From Flavobacteriales bacterium (GTDB lineage Bacteria; Bacteroidota; Bacteroidia; Palsa-965): a stretch of DNA of 64,000 nucleotides. Location: contig JBEIPA010000001.1 of assembly GCA_040377305.1 (NCBI GenBank), positions 203,324 through 267,323 on the forward strand. The letters are read 5' to 3'. The notes beneath the pieces are model-generated. The model did not search any database. It saw nothing but the letters and a program-made list of their open reading frames with translations, and was not told where the DNA came from. Each line of letters begins with the position of its first letter. Position 1 is the stretch's first letter. Made by a program: the position numbers and the translations under genes. Positions 38,369 through 47,060 of the stretch are shown in pieces.

Positions 38369-38740
38369 CTAGATCTCCCGTTTAAACGAATCATCCGGCT
38401 TGAGCGGATTATTAGGATCGTCTTCCGGACGCTCGGGGAGCGAAGCCGTGGTATTCTCATCCTCTATCTTCGTTCCCTCGAGAATTCGTTTGCTGATATC
38501 GTTGGCACTTTCTTTAAGATCGTCAAGTGCACCATTGACATTCATCTCACGTTGAATCTCGGAAGTGCTGTTCTGGATTTCTTTTTGAATTTGCGTCGTT
38601 GCATCCTTCATTTGATTCACACCCCGACTGAAGTTGCGAACCATTTCAGGAAGCTTGTCGGCTCCGAAGAACATAATAATCACAATGACGATGATGAAGA
38701 TTTCACCGGTCCCGAGATTCAAAAAAAGAGGATGAATCAT
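38369..38740 (-). CDS. Twin-arginine translocase TatA/TatB family subunit
   Basis: LFLNLGTGEIFII...FFGADKLPEMVRNFSRG; ATG 38740 lies downstream of TACCTTTG (38759-38766). Confidence 0.88.
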   Translation of the reverse strand: MIHPLFLNLGTGEIFIIVIVIIMFFGADKLPEMVRNFSRGVNQMKDATTQIQKEIQNSTSEIQREMNVNGALDDLKESANDISKRILEGTKIEDENTTASLPERPEDDPNNPLKPDDSFKREI

Positions 38741-38780
38741 TTGTGTTTGTTCTTGACACAAAGGTACTGAAAGGTGAGAG

Positions 38781-38850
38781 ACAATGTTGCCTGTTTCATG
38801 GGTTCTCCCCTTTGGGGAGTTAGAGGGGCGCATGAAACAGGCAACATTGT
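38781..38850. repeat. Perfect 20-bp inverted repeat enclosing a REP-like G/C-rich hairpin
   Basis: ACAATGTTGCCTGTTTCATG / CATGAAACAGGCAACATTGT around GGTTCTCCCCTTTGGGGAGTTAGAGGGGCG. Confidence 0.8.
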
Positions 38851-38851
38851 T

Positions 38852-38898
38852 AAAGCAAAACGGCTACCCTGTTAAAAGGATAGCCGCTGTTTTGCTTT
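38852..38898 (-). terminator. Intrinsic terminator after secDF
   Basis: AAAGCAAAACGGCTACCCT...AGGATAGCCGCTGTTTTGCTTT. Confidence 0.7.
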
Positions 38899-38908
38899 AG
38901 AAAAGCTT

Positions 38909-41900
38909 CTACGATTTCGTAGCCGTATTCTTTCTGTCGAAATCCATTACAATCGGAGTAGCGATACACAGTGAAGAGTAAGTACCGATAACGATACCAA
39001 TCAACAATGCGAACGAGAATCCGCGAATTGTATCACCACCGAAGATGAAGATTGCTAGGAGTACGAAGAACGTGATCATCGACGTATTGATTGTACGGGA
39101 AAGCGTACTGTTCAATGCGTAGTTGATTGTAGATGTATTGTCCGCAATAGAATCTTTCGTTTGTGTACCAAGGAACTCACGAATACGGTCAAATACCACG
39201 ACTGTATCTGTCATCGAGTAACCCATTACCGTGAGGATCGCAGCAACGAAATGCTGATCAAGCTCAAGCGGGAAAGGAAGGATACCGTCGAAAATCGCAT
39301 AGAATGAGAATACAATAAGTACGTCGTGTACGAGAGCGGCAACCGCACCCAAACCGAACTGCCACTTACGGAAGCGGAAGAGGATGTACAAGAACATCAG
39401 GACGCACGATACACCAACAACTAAGAACGACTTCGCAATTACTTCGTTGGCAACAGATGGACCCACCTTGATGGAACTTACAATCTTATAAGGAGTGTTT
39501 CCGGCAGCTGCGTTCAAACCTGCGTCAAGTTTCGCACGAACATCCGTATCTGCAGAAGTATCAACATCAGCCGCACGGTAGTTGGTTGTGATCTTCAATT
39601 GATTTTCATCACCTGCTGTTTTTACAATTGGTGCAATAGTCAAAGACTTTTCGAGTTCTGTACGAACCAGTTCACGATCAACTTTCTCGTCGAAACGAAC
39701 TGTATATGTACGACCACCTGAGAAGTCAACACCCAGAGAGAATCCGCCGTGCTTGAACGCCATGATAGCACCAAGCAAAATGATTACACCTGAAATAGCG
39801 TAGAACATTTTACGTTTTTCAACGAACTTGAAGTTCTTGTTGCGAAGTACGTTTTCAGTTGCCTTCGTTGAGAAAGCAATAGCCTGATCCTTCTTCAGCA
39901 TCCAGTCGAAAATCAAACGCGTGATAAAAATCGCGCAGAACATTGAGCTGATGATACCGATAATAAGAGTAGTTGCGAAACCTTGTACCGGACCTGTACC
40001 GAAAGCGTAAAGGATGATACCGAGGATGAGCGTTGTCAAGTTCGAGTCAAGAATTGAAGACATCGCATGCTTGTAACCATCAGCGATTGCATTCGCAAGA
40101 TTCTTGCCTTCACGTAATTCTTCACGAATACGTTCGAAGATCAGGATGTTCGCATCGACAGAAAGTGCGATCGTAAGTACAACACCGGCGATGCCAGGAA
40201 GTGTAAGTACTGCGCCAAGTGAGGAGAGAATTCCGAGGATGAAGAATACGTTTACGAACAACGCGATATCTGCAACGATACCCGCTTTGCTGTAATAGAA
40301 CGCCATGTAGATCAATACTACGATAAGCGCAACGATGAACGACAGAAGACCTGCTTTTACAGCGTCATCACCAAGTTCAGCACCTACAACTGTTTTCTCT
40401 ACGATATAACAAGTAGCAGGAAGCTTACCCGTATTCAGGAGTTTCACGAGATCGTCCGCTTCAGCGTTAGTGAAGTTTCCGGTGATCTGCGATTGTCCGC
40501 CAGTAATCTCCTGGTTAACATTCGGGAACGAGTACACTTTCTTATCGAGAACGATGGCGATGCTCTTTCCAACGTTGTCTTTAGTAATACGAGCCCAGTC
40601 GCGTGAACCTTCTGCGTTCATCGTCATGGAGATCTCAGGGCTTGCAGAACCGCTCATCTGATTGAACGTTTTGCGGGCGTCTGTTACTACATCACCTTCG
40701 AGAACCGGACCACCTTTGTTGCTTTCTTTCAAAGCAAGAAGGAATACAAATGGTTTCCCGTCATCCGTGAATTCTGGTTTTGCAGTCCATACCAGATTCA
40801 AATCCGAAGGAAGCATATCAACAACTTCCGGCATGCGTAACATTTTCATTACCGCAGCAGTGTCTTTTGTCTTTACGCCAATTGTGATCGGACCTTTCTG
40901 ATCTGGATCAGGGTTCCCAGAAACAACGTACTGACCTATTGGGTTGCGCTCATTTGCAAGACCAGTTGTGTCTGTTGCCTTGATGCTATCCAATTTTACA
41001 ACCGCGCTATCCAAACGCACTTTCGCGATTGAATCGGCACGCATTGTATCCGATTTGGTTTTCAGCCCGTCATATTTAGCTTGATAAAGTGTGCTATCAA
41101 CATGAACAGTGTCCACTTTATAGCCCAGGATTTCTTTCAACGCTTCGTTAGCTGCGTTGATTGCACCGTTTACTTCGAATGCATCGTAAGTTTCCCAGAA
41201 TTCGAGGTTCGCAGATGAAACGAGGATTTGCGATACGCGCTCTTCGTCTTTCACACCTGGCAACTCCACGATAATTCTGTTCGTAGACTTCAAGTGCTGA
41301 ACGTTTGGTTGCGCTACACCGAACTCGTTAATACGTGTTTCGATTACAAGCTTCGCACGCTCAACAGCGTCGTCTGCCTGTTTACGAAGTGCGGCTTCCA
41401 CCTGTTCGTCGGTTGAATTGAACGTGATGTTATCACTCTTCAACTGTGCCGCGAACAACGAAGCGAGCTTCGCAGTTGGATTTACTTCTTTATAAGCACG
41501 AAGGAAAAGCGTGATGTAGTCCTCGTTCGAAGTTGACTGTGCAGCAATTGCTCTACGTTCAGCTTCTTTGAAGTCTTGTGCTTCTGAATAGTTAGCGAGT
41601 GCACGAATGATGTCTGGTGTTGAAACCTCCATCGTAACGTTCATACCGCCCTGCAAGTCAAGACCGAGACTCAACTCTTTTTCTTTACAGCTCTCGTACG
41701 TGTACATGCCGAGGTAAACTTTCTTACCGGCGATAGAATCGTAGAGGAAAAAATGCCGGCGTTCAGTCATGATCGCCGCACGGATTTCTCCGGCACGGTT
41801 CACGTCACCATTAGCCATTGCATCTATCGAGTCCTTAACTTCCTGACGCTCAACATAAGCTTTCGCGTATGTATCTGCTTTCTTTTCCCAACTGCGCGTT

Positions 41901-41983
41901 ACAAACGTAAACGACAAGTAAAACACGCAACTTAACGCCATCAGGATGGCGAAAATTCGAATAGCTCCTTTAATGTTTTGCAT
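38909..41983 (-). CDS. secDF: Protein translocase subunit SecDF
   Basis: LGLDLQGGM, RINEFGVAQP, VDANILIFERIREE, GVDFSGGR, DTVVVFDRIRE; start MQNIKGAI; TATATTTG at 42049-42056. Confidence 0.97.
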   Translation of the reverse strand: MQNIKGAIRIFAILMALSCVFYLSFTFVTRSWEKKADTYAKAYVERQEVKDSIDAMANGDVNRAGEIRAAIMTERRHFFLYDSIAGKKVYLGMYTYESCKEKELSLGLDLQGGMNVTMEVSTPDIIRALANYSEAQDFKEAERRAIAAQSTSNEDYITLFLRAYKEVNPTAKLASLFAAQLKSDNITFNSTDEQVEAALRKQADDAVERAKLVIETRINEFGVAQPNVQHLKSTNRIIVELPGVKDEERVSQILVSSANLEFWETYDAFEVNGAINAANEALKEILGYKVDTVHVDSTLYQAKYDGLKTKSDTMRADSIAKVRLDSAVVKLDSIKATDTTGLANERNPIGQYVVSGNPDPDQKGPITIGVKTKDTAAVMKMLRMPEVVDMLPSDLNLVWTAKPEFTDDGKPFVFLLALKESNKGGPVLEGDVVTDARKTFNQMSGSASPEISMTMNAEGSRDWARITKDNVGKSIAIVLDKKVYSFPNVNQEITGGQSQITGNFTNAEADDLVKLLNTGKLPATCYIVEKTVVGAELGDDAVKAGLLSFIVALIVVLIYMAFYYSKAGIVADIALFVNVFFILGILSSLGAVLTLPGIAGVVLTIALSVDANILIFERIREELREGKNLANAIADGYKHAMSSILDSNLTTLILGIILYAFGTGPVQGFATTLIIGIISSMFCAIFITRLIFDWMLKKDQAIAFSTKATENVLRNKNFKFVEKRKMFYAISGVIILLGAIMAFKHGGFSLGVDFSGGRTYTVRFDEKVDRELVRTELEKSLTIAPIVKTAGDENQLKITTNYRAADVDTSADTDVRAKLDAGLNAAAGNTPYKIVSSIKVGPSVANEVIAKSFLVVGVSCVLMFLYILFRFRKWQFGLGAVAALVHDVLIVFSFYAIFDGILPFPLELDQHFVAAILTVMGYSMTDTVVVFDRIREFLGTQTKDSIADNTSTINYALNSTLSRTINTSMITFFVLLAIFIFGGDTIRGFSFALLIGIVIGTYSSLCIATPIVMDFDRKNTATKS

Positions 41984-42154
41984 AGTATTTTGAAGTATCT
42001 CCACACGGAATTCTGTCCAATCGACAGTACCTTCCAAAATGGAGGCTGCAAATATATAAGAAAAACCTTAACGGGCAATCGCCGTATAATGACCTTAAAG
42101 GCCCTGATTTTAAGGTATATTTGTCTCCCGGCAAAGGTTCCAAAACAGACATTT

Positions 42155-44377
42155 ATGTCCTTCAGAATAACCACACTTTTAGGCGCCCTGAGCCTCATCA
42201 TTTTAGTGGTTCCTACCCGTGCGCAAGTGGCTATGGGATTTGTCCGTTACGACTCCATTCCGGTTTCCGACGGAACTCAACTTTTAACAATGGCATGGGG
42301 TGGTGGAATGGACATGCTCCAGTATTCTGAAATCGATTTGGACCAGGATGGCACCAAGGACCTGTTCGTTTTTGACCGATCCGGCGACAAAATCACAACA
42401 TACATTAATACAGGTACACCGAATCAGGTATCGTACGTATTAGCGCCTCAATACATTTATAGCTTCCCGCTTCTTCACGATTGGGCATTGATGCGCGATT
42501 ACAACTGCGATGGCAAGGAAGATATTTTTACTGCAACAGTAGCTGGGATCAGGGTGTACGAAAACATTTCGACCATTCCGAACGGAATTCAGTTTCAGGT
42601 GGTTGACTCTTTGATACACACGGATCGCTCTCCGAATAGCAGCCATTGGATGGGCAACCTATATGTGAGCTTTATTGATTTACCCGCTATTCGTGATGTT
42701 GATGGAGACGGCGATCTTGACATTCTTACTTTCCAGAACGGCGGACCGCAAATCGAATACCATGTTAATATGAGCATGGAGCGTTACGGAACCTGCGACA
42801 GCATTCAATATGAAGTGCGTTCGAATTGCTGGGGAAAAATCACTGAGAACGGACAGAGTGCTGCGATCACGTTGAATTTCGGTTGTCTTCCGGTTCCGAT
42901 GGTGCCCCCCCACAACGAAACAGATCGTGTCATGCATTCCGGATCTTGCCTCGAGTGTTTCAATTTCGATGGCGATACTGTGCAGGATGTACTAATTGGA
43001 GATGTTGGAAGTGCGAACATTGCATACATCCACAATTCAACCTGGCCCGATTCGGCAATCATAGACTTTGTGGATCCGTTGTATCCTTCCGCTAATGTTC
43101 CTGTTAACCTCGATCTGTTTCCTTGTCCGGCACACATTGACGTAAACAACGATGGTAAACGCGATATGCTTTTCTCAGGGGCAGCACCAACGTATTCAGA
43201 AAACAAAAGAAGTTCGCTCTATTATATGAATACCGGATCGAATAGTGCCGTGCAATCGACATTCGTGCAGGATGATTTTCTTCAGGAGAACATGATTGAC
43301 GTGGGTGAAGGTTGTTATCCTGTACTATTTGATTACGATTCGGACGGCGACAAAGATCTTCTGATCGGGAATCGTGGTTACCATGTTGTTGCTGGACCTA
43401 TGGAATCGAAGATCGCGTTGTACAGAAATATAGGCACTCCAACCACTCCCCACTTTATTTATACTACGGATGATTTCGCCGGCGTACACGCGAACAATCC
43501 TTCTTTAGCGAACCTCGTTCCTACCTTCGGAGATTTGGATGGTGATACTGATCTGGACATGCTCATTGGCGACTACAACGGTGAGCTGCACTATTTTCAG
43601 AAAGGTCCCGGAGCTGGAAACTATTCTTTGGCCGCTTCTTCGTATCAGGGAATTGATGTGGGCGATTTTGCTGCACCGCAATTGTACGATGTAGATGGTG
43701 ACAATAAACTCGATTTGCTGATTGGTGAAGACAACGGAATGATTCGCTACTATCGAAATACAGGGACTGTTGCAGCACCGGTTTTCACTTTGGTTACCGC
43801 GGCGTTCGGTGGAATAAATATCAGTCAGCCGGGCTGGCCGGGAATGAGTGTTCCGTTTATGTTTGATGATAATGGCAGCAGTGCACTTGTCGTTGGTTCG
43901 CAACGCGGAAGGGTGTATCGTTACGACAACATCGATGGAAATCTGAGTGGGACATTTACACTTACCGATTCCCTTTACATAAGCTGGAGAGAAGGCGGAA
44001 ATCTTGCGGTGGCAATCGATGATCTTAATGGAGATGGATTGTATGATGCGATCATTGGCAACTACGCTGGTGGGGTTTCATTTTTCATGGGGGACAGCAA
44101 CGTATCTACTTCCAGCATTGGCGGAACATCGCCTGGACAGATTTTCGTTTATCCAAATCCCGCGAATGAATTCCTGTCATTCAAAACAGATTTCATTCCA
44201 GACGACAACACGGTTTACGAATTGCATAATGCCGCAGGAAGCTTATCACGCAAAGGTCATATTTATCATCAGCAAACAACAATTCAGTGCGGTGATCTGA
44301 GTGCCGGCATTTATATTTTGTCGGTTACAACACCGAAAGGAATTCTTCACCGTAAAGTGGTGATCGCACATCAGTAA
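42155..44377 (+). CDS. FG-GAP/VCBS repeat protein with T9SS type A sorting domain
   Basis: Signal peptide, repeated DxDGDGDxD loops, C-terminal VYPNPA...LSAGIYIL...KVVI. Confidence 0.9.
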   Translation: MSFRITTLLGALSLIILVVPTRAQVAMGFVRYDSIPVSDGTQLLTMAWGGGMDMLQYSEIDLDQDGTKDLFVFDRSGDKITTYINTGTPNQVSYVLAPQYIYSFPLLHDWALMRDYNCDGKEDIFTATVAGIRVYENISTIPNGIQFQVVDSLIHTDRSPNSSHWMGNLYVSFIDLPAIRDVDGDGDLDILTFQNGGPQIEYHVNMSMERYGTCDSIQYEVRSNCWGKITENGQSAAITLNFGCLPVPMVPPHNETDRVMHSGSCLECFNFDGDTVQDVLIGDVGSANIAYIHNSTWPDSAIIDFVDPLYPSANVPVNLDLFPCPAHIDVNNDGKRDMLFSGAAPTYSENKRSSLYYMNTGSNSAVQSTFVQDDFLQENMIDVGEGCYPVLFDYDSDGDKDLLIGNRGYHVVAGPMESKIALYRNIGTPTTPHFIYTTDDFAGVHANNPSLANLVPTFGDLDGDTDLDMLIGDYNGELHYFQKGPGAGNYSLAASSYQGIDVGDFAAPQLYDVDGDNKLDLLIGEDNGMIRYYRNTGTVAAPVFTLVTAAFGGINISQPGWPGMSVPFMFDDNGSSALVVGSQRGRVYRYDNIDGNLSGTFTLTDSLYISWREGGNLAVAIDDLNGDGLYDAIIGNYAGGVSFFMGDSNVSTSSIGGTSPGQIFVYPNPANEFLSFKTDFIPDDNTVYELHNAAGSLSRKGHIYHQQTTIQCGDLSAGIYILSVTTPKGILHRKVVIAHQ

Positions 44378-44393
44378 TCATTGATAATATCAA

Positions 44394-46634
44394 ATGGGCA
44401 AAAAGATTTTAGCATTCGCATTCGTTCTGACTTCTTTGTGTGGATCCGCACAAAGTAATTTGCAGTTTCTTCGTAACGATACAGTTCCTGTCATTAGCAA
44501 CAGTGACACGCTCGTGAATCCCTGGGCGGGCGGACTGAATTTCTGTCAGCATTCTGAAATCGACCTTAATCTCGATGGCATAGATGATCTTTTCATTTTC
44601 GACCGAAGTGGAAATCGTGTTTCGACTTACATCAACAACGGAACCCCGGGTCAGGTTGACTATCACGTGGCGCCGCAGTATGTAAGTGCATTTCCAGCGA
44701 TGGAAGGTTGGGCAATTCTCCGCGACTACAATTGCGATGGAATGATGGACATTTTCACGTATGGCAACGGGATGTTTGGGGGAATAGACTTGTATGAGAA
44801 CGTTTCCTCCATCCAGAATGGATTACAGTTTCAGTTAGTGCTTCACTTACTCCAAACAAACACCACTCCAAACTCAACTAATGTGTATGCCGACATTCAC
44901 ATTACGAAGTTTGATATTCCTGCGGTTCGCGACATTGACCACGATGGTGATTTAGATATTCTCACATTCGACGTTGGTGGAACAACAGTTGAGTGGTATC
45001 GCAATCTCAGTATGGAATCTTACGGTGTTTGCGATTCCCTTACCTATCGTTTAGAAACGCGTTGCTGGGGATTGTTCACAGAAGACAATTCTACTTCAAC
45101 CATCAATCTGAACCAATCTTGTCCTTCGGTTCCGATTGCCCAACCTCCTTCAAGTATGGAAAGAGAACGGCACGCGGGCTCTTGTCTCGAATGCATCAAT
45201 ACAGACGGCGACAACGACGAAGATTTACTGATTGGTGATTTAACAAATCCACGCATTGTCTACACGCAAAACGGAGGCACGCAAGCGTCTGCGAACATGG
45301 TTTATCAGGACGCGAGTTTTCCGTCGTATGATACATCTGTATTCATGAACCTGTTCGTGTGCGGACACCATCTTGATGTGAATAATGATGGACTTAAGGA
45401 TGTAGTGATATCACCGAACGTTTCTCAAACAGTAGAGAACTTCAATTCGAACTGGTTGTTTTTAAATGTCGGTGCGAATGACTCAGTCGTTCTCGAGTTT
45501 CAGGAACGCAACTTCATGCAGGGCGGAATGATTGATTGCGGAGAAGGATCAGTGCCTCGTTGGTTCGATTACGATAGTGACGGTGATCTCGATTTATTCA
45601 TTGGTAATTACGGATACTATCGTCCATCCGGAATTTACCCGTCGAAAATTGCTCTGTATAAGAATACGGGAAACTTCAATGACCCGCAATTCACTTTTAT
45701 CACTGACGACTTCGCGAATATCCACACGAACAACCTGAGCATCATTTCACCGATTCCAACATTTGGAGATTTGGATGGTGATGGCGATAAGGATATGTTA
45801 GTTGGTGATATTCTCGGCCATCTCTTCATGTTCAGAAAAGATCCGGGTCCGGCAGACAATTTTGTTTTGGTTCCCGGATTTTATCAATCGATCGATGTTG
45901 GTAGTAATGCAGCTCCGCAACTCATAGACGTTGATCGTGATAACAAGATTGATTTGCTGATTGGTGAACAATCGGGAAACATCAACTACTACCTCAACAC
46001 GGGCACCAACCTTGCACCAGTATTCTCACTTGCGTCAACTTCATTCGGGGGGGTGAGTGTCAATGCACCAGCATCAATCTCCGGATTTAGCGTTCCTTGC
46101 TTATGGGATAATAATGGAACGTATCAGTTACTTGTGGGTTCAGAGCGCGGATTCATTTATCGCTACGATAACATTGATGGTAACCTCGCCGGAAATTTTA
46201 CACTTACTGATTCGATGTACATCACTACCCACGAAGGTTTACGCGTTGCTCCATGGGCAGGTTACCTGAATGGTGATACTTTGATCGATGCGGTCATCGG
46301 AAATTACGCAGGTGGAGTAGTCTTGTATTATGGTGATATCACCAGCGATATACACTCAATCACGCAAACTCTAACACCAACCCTCGGTGTATTTCCAAAT
46401 CCATCGAACACCGAATTTTACATTTCCGGTTGGAACACAGCGGCTCGTTTTCCGGCAACACTGGAAATTGTTGGGATGAACGGACAAGTAGTGAAGTCAG
46501 TACTTGTTACAAATCGAGATCAATCTATTAGTGTAGCTGAATTGTCGGCGGGCTGCTATTTCGGAAAGGTTACCGATGCGGAAGGCGTTACTTCTACGCT
46601 CCGCTTTGTCGTCGCGAAAAGTGATGAACGGTAG
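44394..46634 (+). CDS. FG-GAP/VCBS repeat protein with T9SS type A sorting domain (tandem paralog)
   Basis: Collinear with the upstream gene (RDYNCDG, GSCLEC, FDYDSDGD, YRYDNIDGNL); VFPNPS...LSAGCYF CTD. Confidence 0.9.
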   Translation: MGKKILAFAFVLTSLCGSAQSNLQFLRNDTVPVISNSDTLVNPWAGGLNFCQHSEIDLNLDGIDDLFIFDRSGNRVSTYINNGTPGQVDYHVAPQYVSAFPAMEGWAILRDYNCDGMMDIFTYGNGMFGGIDLYENVSSIQNGLQFQLVLHLLQTNTTPNSTNVYADIHITKFDIPAVRDIDHDGDLDILTFDVGGTTVEWYRNLSMESYGVCDSLTYRLETRCWGLFTEDNSTSTINLNQSCPSVPIAQPPSSMERERHAGSCLECINTDGDNDEDLLIGDLTNPRIVYTQNGGTQASANMVYQDASFPSYDTSVFMNLFVCGHHLDVNNDGLKDVVISPNVSQTVENFNSNWLFLNVGANDSVVLEFQERNFMQGGMIDCGEGSVPRWFDYDSDGDLDLFIGNYGYYRPSGIYPSKIALYKNTGNFNDPQFTFITDDFANIHTNNLSIISPIPTFGDLDGDGDKDMLVGDILGHLFMFRKDPGPADNFVLVPGFYQSIDVGSNAAPQLIDVDRDNKIDLLIGEQSGNINYYLNTGTNLAPVFSLASTSFGGVSVNAPASISGFSVPCLWDNNGTYQLLVGSERGFIYRYDNIDGNLAGNFTLTDSMYITTHEGLRVAPWAGYLNGDTLIDAVIGNYAGGVVLYYGDITSDIHSITQTLTPTLGVFPNPSNTEFYISGWNTAARFPATLEIVGMNGQVVKSVLVTNRDQSISVAELSAGCYFGKVTDAEGVTSTLRFVVAKSDER

Positions 46635-46655
46635 TTTGCGGAATTCAACATTGTG

Positions 46656-46663
46656 TACTTTTG
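46656..46663 (+). promoter_or_regulatory. -7 promoter element (TACTTTTG) for the uORF/TonB receptor unit
   Basis: Exact TAnnTTTG 7 nt before ATG 46671. Confidence 0.6.
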
Positions 46664-46670
46664 TTGTGAA

Positions 46671-46994
46671 ATGAAGAAAGGATGTACATATTTCGTCTCC
46701 ATGGTGGTGCTGGTAGTGTTTTCACTCTATCTGGTTCCGCATGAAGCTGTACACGTTTTTTATGATCACCACGACACAGAACATGGTGTTGCACATGGAA
46801 CCGAAACAACTTTTTCTTCTATTCACATCCACTGCGATTTCCTTTCAACAGATTTAACCGACTTTCTTCCGGCTGCTGAATCCGCTCCTGTTGAATGCTC
46901 GATAGTGATTCCCTTTCACTACAAAACCATCGACGTACAAACCGTTCGTTGCGTTTCTGTTCTGCGTGATTCCCGCGGACCACCTCTTGCTTAA
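46671..46994 (+). CDS. His-rich upstream ORF with N-terminal hydrophobic segment and C-terminal RGPP (DUF2946/CruR-like leader)
   Basis: 107 aa; hydrophobic residues about 7-22; 8 His in residues 24-54, then CDF; ends RDSRGPPLA*. Confidence 0.8.
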   Translation: MKKGCTYFVSMVVLVVFSLYLVPHEAVHVFYDHHDTEHGVAHGTETTFSSIHIHCDFLSTDLTDFLPAAESAPVECSIVIPFHYKTIDVQTVRCVSVLRDSRGPPLA

Positions 46995-47053
46995 TAAAGT
47001 CTGACATCCTTCTAGTCTGCCGCGAACCTTCGTGGCGAAACAACTTTATTAAG
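46990..47053 (+). promoter_or_regulatory. RNA stem linking the uORF stop codon to the receptor initiation region
   Basis: CTTAATAAAGT (46990-47000) is the exact reverse complement of ACTTTATTAAG (47043-47053); inner hairpin GCCGCGA/TCGTGGC at 47019-47036. Confidence 0.65.
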
Positions 47054-47060
47054 AAAAATC

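Noticed and set aside
41978-42154. N-terminal extensions in the ORF track for the FG-GAP gene and secDF (also tat, prfA, the BtuF-like gene)
   Set aside because: They overlap promoters or neighbouring genes; downstream ATGs give normal signal peptides or family N-termini.
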